A stretch of 64,000 nucleotides of DNA from Parasitella parasitica NRRL 2501 (lineage: Eukaryota; Fungi; Mucoromycota): the NCBI GenBank assembly GCA_025201805.1, contig MU619242.1:119323-183322 (forward strand), written 5' to 3'. Shown here piece by piece: positions 24,401 through 37,138 of the stretch. Within the stretch, counting starts at the first letter, position 1; every line of letters begins with the position of its first letter. The notes beneath the pieces were generated by a model that was not told the origin of the DNA, ran no database searches, and worked only from the letters and a program-made list of their open reading frames with translations. The position numbers were made by a program, and so were the translations under genes.

Positions 24401-25694
24401 TTGTACAGGTCAATCAGTGCACGGATCAATACAGTCTCTATATCCATCTGCATACCTGTCATGATACTTGGTGTGTTCAGCCTGGCCTTGAGATATGAAA
24501 TGACAAATGTGCTTCCTGAAAGCCATACTCCCAGCGACACACAGTAAGCTGTCAGTGCCATATCATTATCGAGAAAGTAGTCAGTAGTGTACATACTAGC
24601 CAAACTCAGGGTTAATGCTGCCAGAGTGTACAGCCACCCATAACCAGCGGCTTCTATCATGCCGCCCACTGTTTTTGCAGGATTGAAAAACACAGTTACA
24701 GTGGCAGCCATATGACTAGCAATGTGAGTACCACATAATGCATTCAACTGTGGTACAAAGGTAAACAATGATCCAATCATATACGCAAAGCTGCACTTGA
24801 GCACCATCTTTTGTTTGTGAGATAGTGTCAAATAACGATTTCGGAACTTTGACCAATGTTTGGTGTATCGCTTGAGATTGGTCGTAGTTCTGCGTCTCCT
24901 CTTTCTTGAAGTACTGTCATCGCTTCCATCATCACCACTATCACCGTCATCATCATCATCAGATGAAGAGGATAGAGATAAGGGCATGCTGCTGGTTTTT
25001 GTGATACCACCAGCAGGATCGTTTGAAGTCGAAAAGTATCTATGTATATGTATAAACATTATGGTGCTATCCGTGTACTCGCCAATCATACATTATGTAC
25101 ATACCTATTTTCATCTCCTCCCCTTTTGGATACCCATTTGCTTAGTTTGGACAAGCAATCGGCAATGCCGCTATTGGTTTGATCATTACTGCCGTGATGA
25201 GAAGGGTGCAGTTTCACTGTAGACAGTGACACCGTTCGCTTTTGTCTGGTTCCATCATCTAAAATCACTTCGTAGTCGCTTTGATTGTCGAAATAGTCGG
25301 AAGAGGATAAAGTCCTAGATAAATAATGCGGCGATGAAGGCGAGGTCGCTGCTTGCTGCCCGTATAAAGGATTGTCGGCGGTCTCTGTTGCTATGCTGTT
25401 TGCCAGCGATGCTGTAAAATAGGCAGAGGATCTATATGAAGAAAAGGAGGTATCTTGTAGGTCATTGTTATTCTGCTGCCGCTGCTGCGGTTGAGTGTAT
25501 AGAATAGGCGGTGGTTTGGTTGTTGCGATAAAAGCATTTAATGGCTTCGGTTCGCCTTTGTAGCTGTTGAATAGGTGCGAGATTCCAGATGGCGAGGGAG
25601 CTGCTTTCCTCGGGAGACTTTTGCGGAATGAAGAATGACTCTCTTCCTCTTCAGAAGACTCTAACAAGTGAAGCATTTCACTGGCTTTAGACAT
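21480..25694 (-). CDS. Aromatic-acid-exporter/FUSC-type multi-pass membrane protein (Bre4/YGL140C-like), ~6 exons
   Basis: Motifs KCSFAYMIGSLFTF, VTVFFNPAKTVGGM, LAQHIGGLKSS, PMKSLAYTCK, YFFVFCLLEFAKEL, KFALKS, WTLITV..VMTPTVGGTN, WPYEARREVRKGLS, NEPRLKGPFP. Last exon LGSHMKELFGS...ALIS* ends at 21480. Confidence 0.85.
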
Positions 25695-27573
25695 TGTATT
25701 TTATTGTACATCAAAAAGAAAGAAAGAGAGAAAAGCAAAAAGAGGGAGGAAGAACAGAGAAAAAGACTCAATCTGGACGCTATTCTGATAACAAGCAAGA
25801 ACGTAATGAGATTTTTTAAGGTACACATTATGTTCCTTGTGAGCAAATCTGAGCATAAATTAAGCCATTTGTATACAGAACCTAAGCTTAAAAATAGGCT
25901 AGTGTTGTATATACAGTATGCTATGGTATTTAACTACACCTTTAGTTTATATGAGTACTATATATACAAACCGTGCAAGTCTTGTCTCTCAAAGAGACCA
26001 TTGTTTTGATGCCCTTTTTTTTTGTCGGTACGCACACTGTAGGTACACGCATAGTTCGCTTACTGTTACTACCTATAACGGGTTTCATGCCCTTCTATTT
26101 CTTTCGTCATTCAAGTAGAATAGTGATTTTGTGTTACATAGATTAATCACAGGGATCCGATTTAGGTCTAATTTCAGGTACAAATTTAGAGAAACATTTG
26201 ATAGATAAAATACAAATAATTTATGCATTACATGTATAAGTCCAGGCATCTATACGTCTCTCGAGCTTCATTATTTAAGCATATTTATCTGCATATAGCA
26301 GAACCAGTTTTATGTTGATATAAAACAAACCCAACATTCTGTAGAGGCCCTGATTCAATTAATGGAATATTAGGTTTTGGGAAAGAACATGGGAATAGTC
26401 TATTACAAATGGGATAACAATATACCCCTCATTGTGAGATTTAGATCTAAATTAGGAAAGCTTTTGGTTAGCCAGACATGTAATATGCATCTGCATGGCA
26501 TCGTCAAACGAAAACACTTGTTCTTGTACCAAGCTTACTCAAAACCAGTGCATCATGCTACTGCTTAAAAGAAAGTTGCACATTGCCTTTATAGATCACA
26601 CTTGTTTTCAGAATTCTCAGTAAGAAATACAACCAATGCTTTTATGTAAGAGTAAGCTTGTATGTTGGATAGACATCTAGTATTAAACTTTTGCTCTACG
26701 ATGATGTGTAAACAGCTTCAAAATGCTTCGAACTGCTGCTGGTTATCGCTTGTGTTAGTGAGAATAGGCACCAACATGACCAGAAGTCGGTGTTCACATA
26801 TTTCAATCATCATGCTTAGCCAGAAAAGAAAAAAAAAACGATGGAGAAATAGAAATGGATTGTAGCTTGACAAAACGTATATAAAGTTTGTTTGAACATC
26901 AAGTGATATATGGAGGCCCATCATTTGGTTGTTGACTGATGCCAACTTCAAAAAAAAAAAATTGGGATAGAACGTGAATCTTAAATTGCGTACAAAATTT
27001 CGAAAGTTTTTAGGCTACATCTACCATTTCAGCCTGATGTGAGAATTTCCAATAATGTAATAGCATGGGCACACACTTTCAAGCTACAAATCAAGTGTTT
27101 ATTGACACCAGTAGCTCTATTTTTGATGGAGAAATTTCAGTTCCCAAGCTGATATTTTGGGGAATTGGGATTTTCAAGGATGAGGGCATCAGCCATGAAA
27201 AATCAATGGTCTCCCAAAACGATGCATTTTCAAAACTTTGTTTGCCGTTTTCTTGCTCAAATATCTTGATTTTGGAGTGAAATAAGATTCGTTAGATGCA
27301 AATTTTACAGGAGTACAACATTGTTGATAAAACACTCGCATCAATTATGATTTTTGTTCTCATATCAACAATAAATTGCGTATAAAGTAAAAGAAAAGAA
27401 AAAAAAAAGTAGTCAATCATATAGTTTTGATATCAAAAGACCCTATTTACGCCTATTTGTCTGGAAAATTTAATACATTCACTTGTCAAGATATCTGACA
27501 ACTTGTACCAAGACTGTAAGTTGCTTCTGCGAGCAGCTATTCAAATCAAAACATATCGCTTATTCAAAAGACA

Positions 27574-27580
27574 TCACGTG
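27574..27580 (+). promoter_or_regulatory. TCACGTG (Cbf1/bHLH-type E-box) upstream of the SconB/Met30 gene
   Basis: Exact CDEI-like motif ~90 bp before the ATG. The same motif is used in yeast MET promoters; function here is inferred. Confidence 0.3.
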
Positions 27581-27669
27581 CTTGTAGTTATATTCTGTAT
27601 ATTAGTTGCACTAGTGCAGCTTGTGCGAAATTGACCATAGTTTAGAAAATTTCTCTTTTTGTATTATTA

Positions 27670-29655
27670 ATGTTGTCCTTATCTTGTAACAACGACAACG
27701 ATAATATGGATACAGAACAGACAAACAAAATCAATGCGCTGCCGGTAAAGGACTTTCTCTCTCGACATGTGCCAGACCAAGTTACGAATTCAAGACGTCT
27801 ATGCTACAGACATCGACCAGATCTTATCAAGCAGAGACAGCCTGATGGTTTGGATACCGAAAACACACAAAGAGTAAGAAGGCGTTTATGAGGCTTGCAC
27901 AGATACACACGACGGACTAACAGGTGTGGTTTTTAGCAACTGGAAGAGCTGCCTACAGAGGATAAAGCAGCCATCACGCATATATGGTCGCTATTTTCAG
28001 CAGCCCCCGCAGACCAGCGCAACCTAATACTACGGGGTCTTTTATCGACATGTTGTATGCCCCAGCTGTCATTTATCCACGATGCGATAAAACCTCTACT
28101 GCGAATCGACTTTTTATCTATTTTACCCCGTGAGATTTCGTTGCAAATCTTCTTTTACCTGGATGCCAAGTCGCTGTGCCATGCAGCGCAGGTTTCGCAC
28201 CACTGGAAGACATTAGCGGACGATGATGCGCTTTGGCATAGAATGTGCGAGCAACACATAGATAAAAAGTGTACGAAATGTGGATGGGGCCTTCCCTTGC
28301 TAAATAAGCGACGCACAGCTACATCTGTAAAACGGCCATTGATTGAGCCTAGCGATGCGCCATTAAGAACAGCCTGTGGGCCTTCGGGTGTTTCTCGAAA
28401 CGCAGCACTGGAGACAGAGGAGCAGACAGAGCATTCGAACAAAAGAACCAAAATTGACAAGGAGACAACCACATCATTCAGCAACATCTTTAGCGGCGCC
28501 AATGCTGCTGTTGGCACTGGAGGCTGTCCACCAGCGCCCTCCCGACGTCCATGGAAGGATGTCTATTCAGAGCGATTGATGGTAGAGCGAAACTGGAGAA
28601 ACAACAAGTACAAGCTGCGAGTCTTGAGCGGACATACAGACGGCGTAATGTGTGTCCAGTTCTGCGATGGCAGCAATATCTTGATGACAGGTTCGTATGA
28701 TAAAACCGTCCGTATTTGGTGTCTGGAAACTGGGCAGTTGATCCGCACACTGACTGGCCATACTCGCTGCGTGCGTGCTCTGCAGTTTGACGAAGCCAAG
28801 CTGGTTACTGGGTCTATGGACCACACGCTGAAAATCTGGAATTGGCAGACTGGCAAATGCATCCGCACACTAGAGGGCCACACAGGAGGTGTATTAAGCT
28901 TGAACTTTAATTCTAGATTAATGGCTACTGGCTCCACTGACCATACTATTCGCGTTTGGAACTTTTCGGCCGGTGAATGCTGCACGTTGACAGGCCACAC
29001 AGAGTGGGTGAATTCTGTCCGGTTTTGTCAGGAAGGTACAATCCTGGTGTCTGCAAGCGATGACTCTACCATCAGATTGTGGGATGTGCAAACACGTTCG
29101 TGTCTACAAGTGCTAAAGGGGCATGTAGGTCAAGTGCAAATTGCAGTGCCTAGCCCTATTGGGTTCACTCATCGTTTCGATACTGAAGAGGACGATGGCT
29201 ATCTGAAATCGCTGAGCAGAAGCAGCAGCTTGCCTGAGCTACAGCCTGGCTGTGCTGCAGAGACCGCTCACTCAAATTTAGCAGCGCAAGAAAAGAAAAA
29301 TGTGGTTAAACAAGACCCGCCGTCGACAGCTGTGTCTTCGAAAAACCCTATAATTGTATCAGGATCGCTAGATAACACGATCAAACTGTGGGACATGGTC
29401 ACAGGTAAGTGCATTCGCACGCTGTTTGGCCATGTGGAGGGCGTCTGGAGCCTGGCATATGACACTCTTCGCATTGTATCTGGGTCTCACGACAAGACAG
29501 CGCGAGTTTGGGATCTCGGCAGTGGCAAGTGTATGTATGCGCTGGAGGGACATGGGGGGCCTGTGACAGCAGTCGGCCTCAGTGATACCAAGATCATCTC
29601 CACATCCGATGATGGAGATGTTCGAATATGGGATTATGGTGTGTTACATTCTTGA
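27670..29655 (+). CDS. sconB: F-box/WD40 sulfur controller SconB/Scon-2/Met30/Pof1, 2 exons (intron 27873-27937)
   Basis: Family-specific N-terminus (LCYRHRPD; ITHIWSLFSAAP; LILRGLLSTCCMPQLS), F-box IDFLSILPREISLQIFFYLDAKSLCHAAQVS, MCEQHIDKKCTKCGWGLPLL, RPWKDVYSER, then WD40 repeats. Confidence 0.92.
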
Positions 29656-30356
29656 AGCAATAAATATAAGGTGTCATAATTTATACTTGATTTGTTCTTC
29701 CATGTATGTATTTGTAGTGTAAAACTGCAGTTAAAATACCGGTGAATAGACACACAGGCCCCCACAACTATTGCGTGATTTCAAGCGTCTTCAACCATGA
29801 ATTGCGACATTTCCATATCTGTGTAATAAACCAATGAAGACCTAAATAATGCATTTTGAAATGCAGACATGACAACCATTATAGCCGTCTATGGGAGAGA
29901 GACATAAACGGTAGGAGGATCCCACCGAGCAAAGTGAGCACGGCTTTGATGTACACTTTTATCTTTGGCTGAATGCACACATGAGCATGTGTCATAAGCC
30001 GAGATCACTGGTGAAATGCTTTATGTCTAGTGCCTTGGCAAGAGATGATGAGAAGACACTCATTAAAAACTTTAATTTGTTGTAACCTTACTGGTTTAAT
30101 ATTATCAAAAGTGAATTTTGATGTAACAGATTTTTAGGCTTGATGAGCAAACTGGCATGTTTTTGCTAGGTTTGTTGTGTTTACAAAAAAAAAACTGGGA
30201 TGAAAAACGTTTCCAATGCTTTTGTGCAACATGTGCTTATCACTAAAGATTCTTGCGTGCTCTTGCGTATCTCTTTTCCCTTCTTTCATCTATTTGATTT
30301 TTTTTAACCTTTCATAAAAAAAGTACAGGGATCAAAAACAACTATCGATTAACTAC

Positions 30357-31577
30357 ATGAATAGCGGTTGTAAGTGTTGATTGGATATCCTTTGAAAGTC
30401 TGCTAATAAATGCATCCAATGTGCACTTTAGCTTCTTCTGCAAATTCATGGTTGCCAACCCATAACAATATTGTCGATTCGTTAAATCAAGTTATGGATT
30501 CTGTATCCGTCCTTTCAGATGTGGAACTCCAGAAGGAACTTACTTTGTTTGCAAACGCTCAGTTTACTTACGACATTGCACCTGGCGTCGCCATCAGCGA
30601 TGATAGCACTACAGGTGCTAATGCTAAAGCAAAGAAGCCTGACATGCACTCGCTTTTGAACGTAAAGCTGGCCTCGTTAGCAGAAAACAACTACCACACT
30701 TCCATGTCACCTGGTATGATGATGTTAATATACTTACTTGCACACAAGCTTATAATGTAAAATAGATGCTATTGCTCGTTTCTATGACGAGTCGCCTGAT
30801 TGCTCGCCACCAAACGGCTACCATTCACCTAATCCTTCACCTCCCAATGGCTTTTATTCTCCAAACCCAACTCCTCCGAACGGCGTCCACCTCACCAATT
30901 CAGCTAATGTAGGAGTCCAAGGCATCGTCAATCCTCCCATCACATTCTACGGTGAAGATGCCATCATGGGCTATGACGATGAACAATTTATGGAGACTAT
31001 GAGATTGTTAACAAACACCAGTTACAATGAGCCCCAATTAGAGGCACCCAAACTAGGAACGGCAGTACCAGCAACTGCTGCATCAGCACTAGCAGCAAAA
31101 AAGCGCAATAGCGTTTCTGCCGCCAACGTCAAAAAGTCGTCTCCTCTAGTAGCCACTGTTGAAAGCGAAGATGAAGAAGAAGACGTTGACGAGCCTTTTT
31201 GTCCAAGCAAAAAATCCCCTCAAAATCTGCCGCCTTTGACTAAAGAAGATAAACGACGTCGCAATACTGCTGCCAGTGCTCGCTTCCGTGTCAAGAAAAA
31301 GATGCGTGAACAGGCTCTTCAACAAACAGCCAACGAAATGACTGAAAAAGCCAAAGCATTTGAGAATCGTGTTCATGAACTTGAACGTGAGGTCAAATGG
31401 CTAAAAGCGCTTATTGTTGAAAGGAAGGATGGGAACCTCGAGCAAATGTTGATGCAGCAATATGGGTCTAAAGCCTCGGCTTCTGCTTCTGCTTCTGCTA
31501 CTTCTTCAAGTAGTCCTTATCATCATTCGATGAACCACGTTGGTTATAACAATATAAACCACCATCTTCACAGATAA
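30357..31577 (+). CDS. bZIP transcription factor, MetR/Cys-3/Zip1 (Met4/Met28-like) family, 3 exons (30357-30369, 30432-30713, 30766-31577)
   Basis: Basic region EDKRRRNTAASARFRVKKK and zipper LEREVKWLKALIVE. N-terminal ELTLFANAQFTYD resembles the MetR/Cys-3 LxLFTNxxFFD motif. GT-AG introns keep the frame. Confidence 0.8.
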
Positions 31578-33521
31578 ATACAAAAAATATACGTTATCGC
31601 TTCATTTATATATATTTTATATATATACTGTACATATATTATTTTTGCTCACTATATATACGAATTGATTGTTTTTATACTCTGAATGTTTATATAGCTA
31701 GTCCTTTCTCTATAAATGAAATAGTATTGATCAGTGAGAGATATCCACTGCTACGCTGTTGGAGAGCTATAAGATTTCGAGTATTTATACTTACGAGCAT
31801 GTGTGAGTTTCCATAAGAACAACAAGGACGACGATCCATTTCTTTTGCTTTGCTGTTCATGATTGCAGAAATCACGAGGTTTTATGATGTTGAAACATTA
31901 GGTTTGCATGCATTATGTTGTTTACAGAATCCCAGGATTTTCAAAGATTGCATCGTTTATATAATCGTATTTTTCAAGCTACAACAAATGTTGCGTATCT
32001 ATCTGGGTGTTTTGCTAGATTAGCTACATGTTCAAGCTTTTATAAATTTGCAAGAGCTATTTTAGTGTAGCGTTTGTGAGTGGATATGTCCAAAAACTGC
32101 AATATGTCTGTCCATTGGCTCCTTCTATACAATAGCAAGTGTTGATCCTACCGATATTCCTCTAGTATCCCGATTATTTGTCTTGTTGATTTCATGCATT
32201 ACACCACATAAATCCAGACACTGAAGAGGTTCTTGTATTCAATGTTAGCAACCAATAAAATGCACTTCAAATTGCGTGACCCAGGGCAAATGTTTGTTTG
32301 CGCTTGTCCGTCAGCACGTGCCGTTTATGGTTACCTAGCCTTTGTAAATCAGCCTCAATTTTGGCTAATTCACATTGCATTTACATTGTATAAAATGCTT
32401 CTATATAATAATTACATGGATGAAGCCAATGTACGTCTTTGAAAGCTAAATATCAAAACCAGAGGTAAATGGCAGCTTTATTCCATTTTATTTTTCAAAT
32501 TTAAATGTGTATCACCACCACAATGATTACAAACATCAAAAATCATCATCTTGATCTAAAAAAAAATAAGGCTCTCCTAGCAGATCGAAGAAATTATATA
32601 ATATAACTACATATATGAATTGTAGTCGGAGATACAGCCTTTGCATGTACCCTTGAAGCCTGAATCCATTGTATCACCTTATTTGTTTTGTTGGCAGGCA
32701 GATTGACAATAAAAATTCCGTTTCCGGTGATTGCCGATTACATTGATCTGAACATGGATAATGAACTGCAAGCAAAACAAAAACCTTTTAACTCATGAAA
32801 GGGTCGTAATAAGCGATAGAAACTTGGATAATTGCCTTTGGCAAGCTCAAATCGACCTTTGCGATTTGAAATAGATCGTTGCATCTAAATCGCATTGACT
32901 TTATCACACCACAACGTTTCCTGCTACTGTGAATAGTTGAGCAAATAGCTCTCAATCACCTCTAAGTCAATCAATATTTTTGGATATTGTTCTTTTGAAA
33001 TGATCTAAAAGCTACAAACTACCGATACAACTGCATCTAACAGTCGAATTTTCAGTGCTCATTAATCAAGAAATGCTGCAGTCTTATTTGTTCTCATCAA
33101 AATTAAGTCTTATGGATACAATAACGTGTGGGATAAACTTTTAATGGCAGAAAAACTAAAATCTATCATAAAGTGTTAAAGAGCAGATTGTCTCAATCAC
33201 AACGCATTACTTTCCAATAATAGATCATGTTGGCGAGAGATTACTATTTACTTGAATTGAAATACCAAAGTATCTACATACAATTTTGGTAGTATATTTA
33301 TTATCGGATCAAAGTTGATGGAACTTTGCTTGTCCCATACAAATTTTGAGAAACCGTGGTTGTTGTGGACTCTCTGACTAACAAGGAGACCTTTTGAGTA
33401 GTGTTTACCATTGGTTTCAAGGTTTCAAACAGTCACCATTGTGCAACAGTGCGCACATGAGTTTTAACCATCTCTGCTTCTCACTGGTATTGTACATTTT
33501 GTTTTGCTGCAGATACAAATC

Positions 33522-35453
33522 ATGTCTAGTCGACCAGATGAACACTCTTCGCTGCCGTCTTCTTCTTTACAGAGAAGTCAGAGTAACGACAACACAGTAG
33601 AACCAAGGTTTTTTGGACATCCTTCTATTTACGAAAATGCAGCATCACAAAAGAAAAGCACCGTGAACCCACCACCAACAGAAAATCCGTATTGGGCAAA
33701 CCCACCTCCACCATATTCACCTCCACCAAACGAACCGGAATCTTCTGGCTCTTCTACAGCAATCGATCCAAGCGCACCACCATTGGAATCGCCATTTACA
33801 CCTCATATGCAGCATTCTATACCTCAAACCCAGACATCTACATCCCAATCTCCTGCTGTTAATAATTACCCACCATTAAGCTATCAAAATCAGCAGCAGC
33901 AAAATCAAAGCTATCCTCCTCAGGGCTACACTCAATATGGCGCTGTTAATCAGCGGCAGCACCCCTTTGTAAATCCAAATATCACTACATCAGATGCAAA
34001 CCCTCCAATGGTAAGCGAATGGCCTTGGATTGCGCCGCCAAGCGGTAGAGGTAAGAAAAAACTCAGCCTTGGCGTAACATTCAGAGGAGGGAGGGGAAGA
34101 GAGACTCTAACCTTAGTGTAATTTGCAGGATACCCATTGCCGCCGCCGCAACAACAGCAGTTACCACAGCAACCTTTCTACAGCTCAGTCAGAAAGCAGA
34201 AAAGTTGCTTTGAAACATGCTTCAAATATGTGTTCTATTTCTTTTGTATTTGTCTTGTTATTCGCTTGATCGGGTTACTGTCAGGCGGGGTAAGTTATGC
34301 CGATTCATGCTCGCACGGATTCATTTGGAGGTCTTTGCCTGAACAATTTGAATTCAGCAACAATGGATTAAGAATTCGGGTTGTTGGCGGCAATCTTTCT
34401 GGGGGACATATTACACTAAAAAAGATGAGTATTGCTGACAACAAGGATTCTGCGTCGACAGGTCTTGTAAAATCTACAGCGCTTGTGTCTCCTGCTAGTT
34501 TGGCAGATAATCCAGATCTAAACTACAGCTTAACCCATATTGATAATGGAAGTACCACGCTTGATATTTATATCCCTCATGATCTATCTTCTCGAGCCTG
34601 TGTCAGCTTCAATGCCGTCATTTATCTTCCTGATACACTTAAATTTATCTCGTTGGACGTTCAGAATACTCATATTGACAGTAATGAGCAAGCTGTGAAT
34701 ATCGAAACTTTATCCTTGTGGACTACAAATTCAGCCATTGAACTTGGTCCTAAATGGGTGGGCAAAGTGATGGATCTCAAGACTACAAATGCACATATCG
34801 AGATCAATCAATCCATCGAAAATGCTGAGGCCGTCATTGTGGCTACTTCAAATGGTGGTATTCGATTTAGACAGCCTATTACAGCAATCGCTGATGTGAT
34901 TGCTGCTCAAACTACTAACTCAGGCATTGACATTGACGCTTTTCTCGAAGCTCCCGCGGTTCAGTTAATGACTACAAATGGACATGTCAATGTTGAGAAC
35001 ATCCGTGCTGACCGCGCAGAGTTTAAAACAACGAATGGCCGTATTGATCTTAGTCATGCAAATATTTCTCAAGTGGTCAATGCTCAAACAACTAATGGAG
35101 CCGTAGCTTTACATGTAGATGCAGGGAGTCACGCTGAAGTGATTGCTCGAACTACAAACAGCCAAGTCTCTCTAAGGATGGTTAGTAGTTTCTAATATAT
35201 AGATGGTGCATATGTTTAACACACGATATACTAGCCTGTTGATCACGAAGGCCGCATTGAGATAGAATCGAGTAGAACAAGCAAGATCGAATTTGTCGAT
35301 CCCCTTGGCTGGTCTCAACTGGTTTACAATAAGGGATATCTCTCTGGTGCTCGCTATAATCCAGCATCTGATAAAAAACCAGATACTGGCCACCTCCAAA
35401 TCAAAACTTCAAACGCTAACGTTCATGTGCACTATGCGGATTCTGATAATTAG
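33522..35453 (+). CDS. Type II membrane protein with a DUF4097-like (adhesin beta-repeat) ectodomain, 3 exons
   Basis: Pro/Gln-rich N-terminus with PPPY, a single TM segment (YVFYFFCICLVIRLIGLL), repeated TTN/TSN-G-x-I units. Introns 34051-34128 and 35181-35234; stop at 35451-35453. Confidence 0.75.
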
Positions 35454-36628
35454 GTGCTATTTTATTTTATTTTATTTTTTATTCTTAATAAACCTGATGA
35501 GACCTATCTTGATTGCCAATGGTACAAGTTCGTGTCGATTGGAAGGTGCGGATCCTTGAAAACTTTAATAAACAATGAAATTCTAGATTGGCTATCTGAT
35601 CGACTTTTTGTAACGCCCGAGTTTTATAAAATGATACACAAATGGCGCAGGTCTGCTCTGAATCAAATTAGGTTGCATAAATATTTGTATCCGGGTTTGT
35701 GCATGTACTATGATTTGGAGATATTGATCTGGCCCATCGACCTTGAAATTGCAGAACAAATTTCTACATTTATTCACAGGCCATTACATTCTACTATTTT
35801 TAGCGCCAAAATGGGTTCGTGAGAAAGATAAACAGAATGAAATGATGCACACATACAGTAATTATTAACAATAAACGATTGTTTGTGAAATAAAGATTTC
35901 TAGATATAAGTAATAACAAACTTTGATTGGCGAATCGAAGCACCTCTAAACACAATGAAAACAAATAATCCCTAAATGTGTTTGTATATACAGGAAGATC
36001 CCCCATAAAGCCACTTGTCTTGTGATGGAACCTTGGCTCATTTGAAAGCTTGCATCACATTAATTCATCAACGAAAAAGAAAAAGAACTAAAAGAATCGG
36101 TCTAGTAAATTCCGAGGCTTAATTTCGTTCCAGATGTCAGCATCTAGACTATTTCTGTGCCATAAGCCAAGATATGAAACTGTAGAAAACCATCTAATAT
36201 CTTGATCATCAAGGAAAAAAAAATTTACCAACAGGAAGAAAGGCATTGTAGCAATAAGCATTGCATAATGTTGTTGGTAAACAACAACAGCAATTTGCCC
36301 AATAATTGAACATGAATAACAGGGGGTTATGTGTTTCTGTACTGTATATAATAACATATTAATTATACTATATAAGAAACATTAAAGGTTCTTTAACCCA
36401 TCAGCACTGCTGCTTACTGAATTTGTCATGGAATCTAATTAAAATCAAACTAATCATTAAAACACAAAGGTACAATTGTAGTAACAGAAAAAGGAGATTA
36501 TTTATGCTACAAATTAATCTTTGCCTTAAATGGGGTTTGAAACCCAAAAGTCTAAATCAAACAAATTGATATAAAAAGGAGGCAATCAACTTTGTCTTCT
36601 TTTTATCATTTGGACAAATTCAACAATC

Positions 36629-37138
36629 ATGTCTACTACCGTCTTAAGTCCAAGATTACATCTTTTAGCAAACACTGAAGACGACAACTACTTCAGTTCC
36701 AAAACATCTTACTACAAGAGAGGTAATCTGTTGGTCACCTCATCTTTCCGACAAAAGTACAAGAACGGCTTCCAAAGATCTAGATCATCATCTTATGCAT
36801 CTCTCGAGGATGAAAAACATGGTCTATTAGAGCAAACACCGTCAGTTGCTACTCCTCCAGCTACATCTTTGTTCTTTTCAAGAAGAAAAAATCTGGCTCA
36901 AAGATCCAATACTGCTCCTACCACAGCAACTACTGCCGGTTTCGATGCACAAGATGATGGTTACTTTAATCAAGAAGAAAACGACAATGATACTTCTGAT
37001 GATGCTTATGACAATGAAGACAGCGATGAAAGTACATTATTTGCTAAGCAAAACTACTATTCTAGACGAAACTTGTCAAAGCCAACAACATCTTGGAAAT
37101 CTAGCGTTTTGAAAGCTGTCGGTGTCATAAGCAAATAA
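36629..37138 (+). CDS. Hypothetical small disordered protein (169 aa)
   Basis: Single ORF with gene-like codon use, TATAAAA ~60 bp upstream, and CAATC-ATG start context. No recognised family. Confidence 0.65.
   Translation: MSTTVLSPRLHLLANTEDDNYFSSKTSYYKRGNLLVTSSFRQKYKNGFQRSRSSSYASLEDEKHGLLEQTPSVATPPATSLFFSRRKNLAQRSNTAPTTATTAGFDAQDDGYFNQEENDNDTSDDAYDNEDSDESTLFAKQNYYSRRNLSKPTTSWKSSVLKAVGVISK

Noticed and set aside
26700-26830. ATGATGA C-box-like motif suggesting a C/D snoRNA
   Set aside because: No convincing terminal D box, stem or rRNA complementarity identified by eye.
35454-35822. 122-aa ORF right after the DUF4097 gene
   Set aside because: Non-ATG start in a 3' UTR-like T-rich stretch; no recognisable homology.
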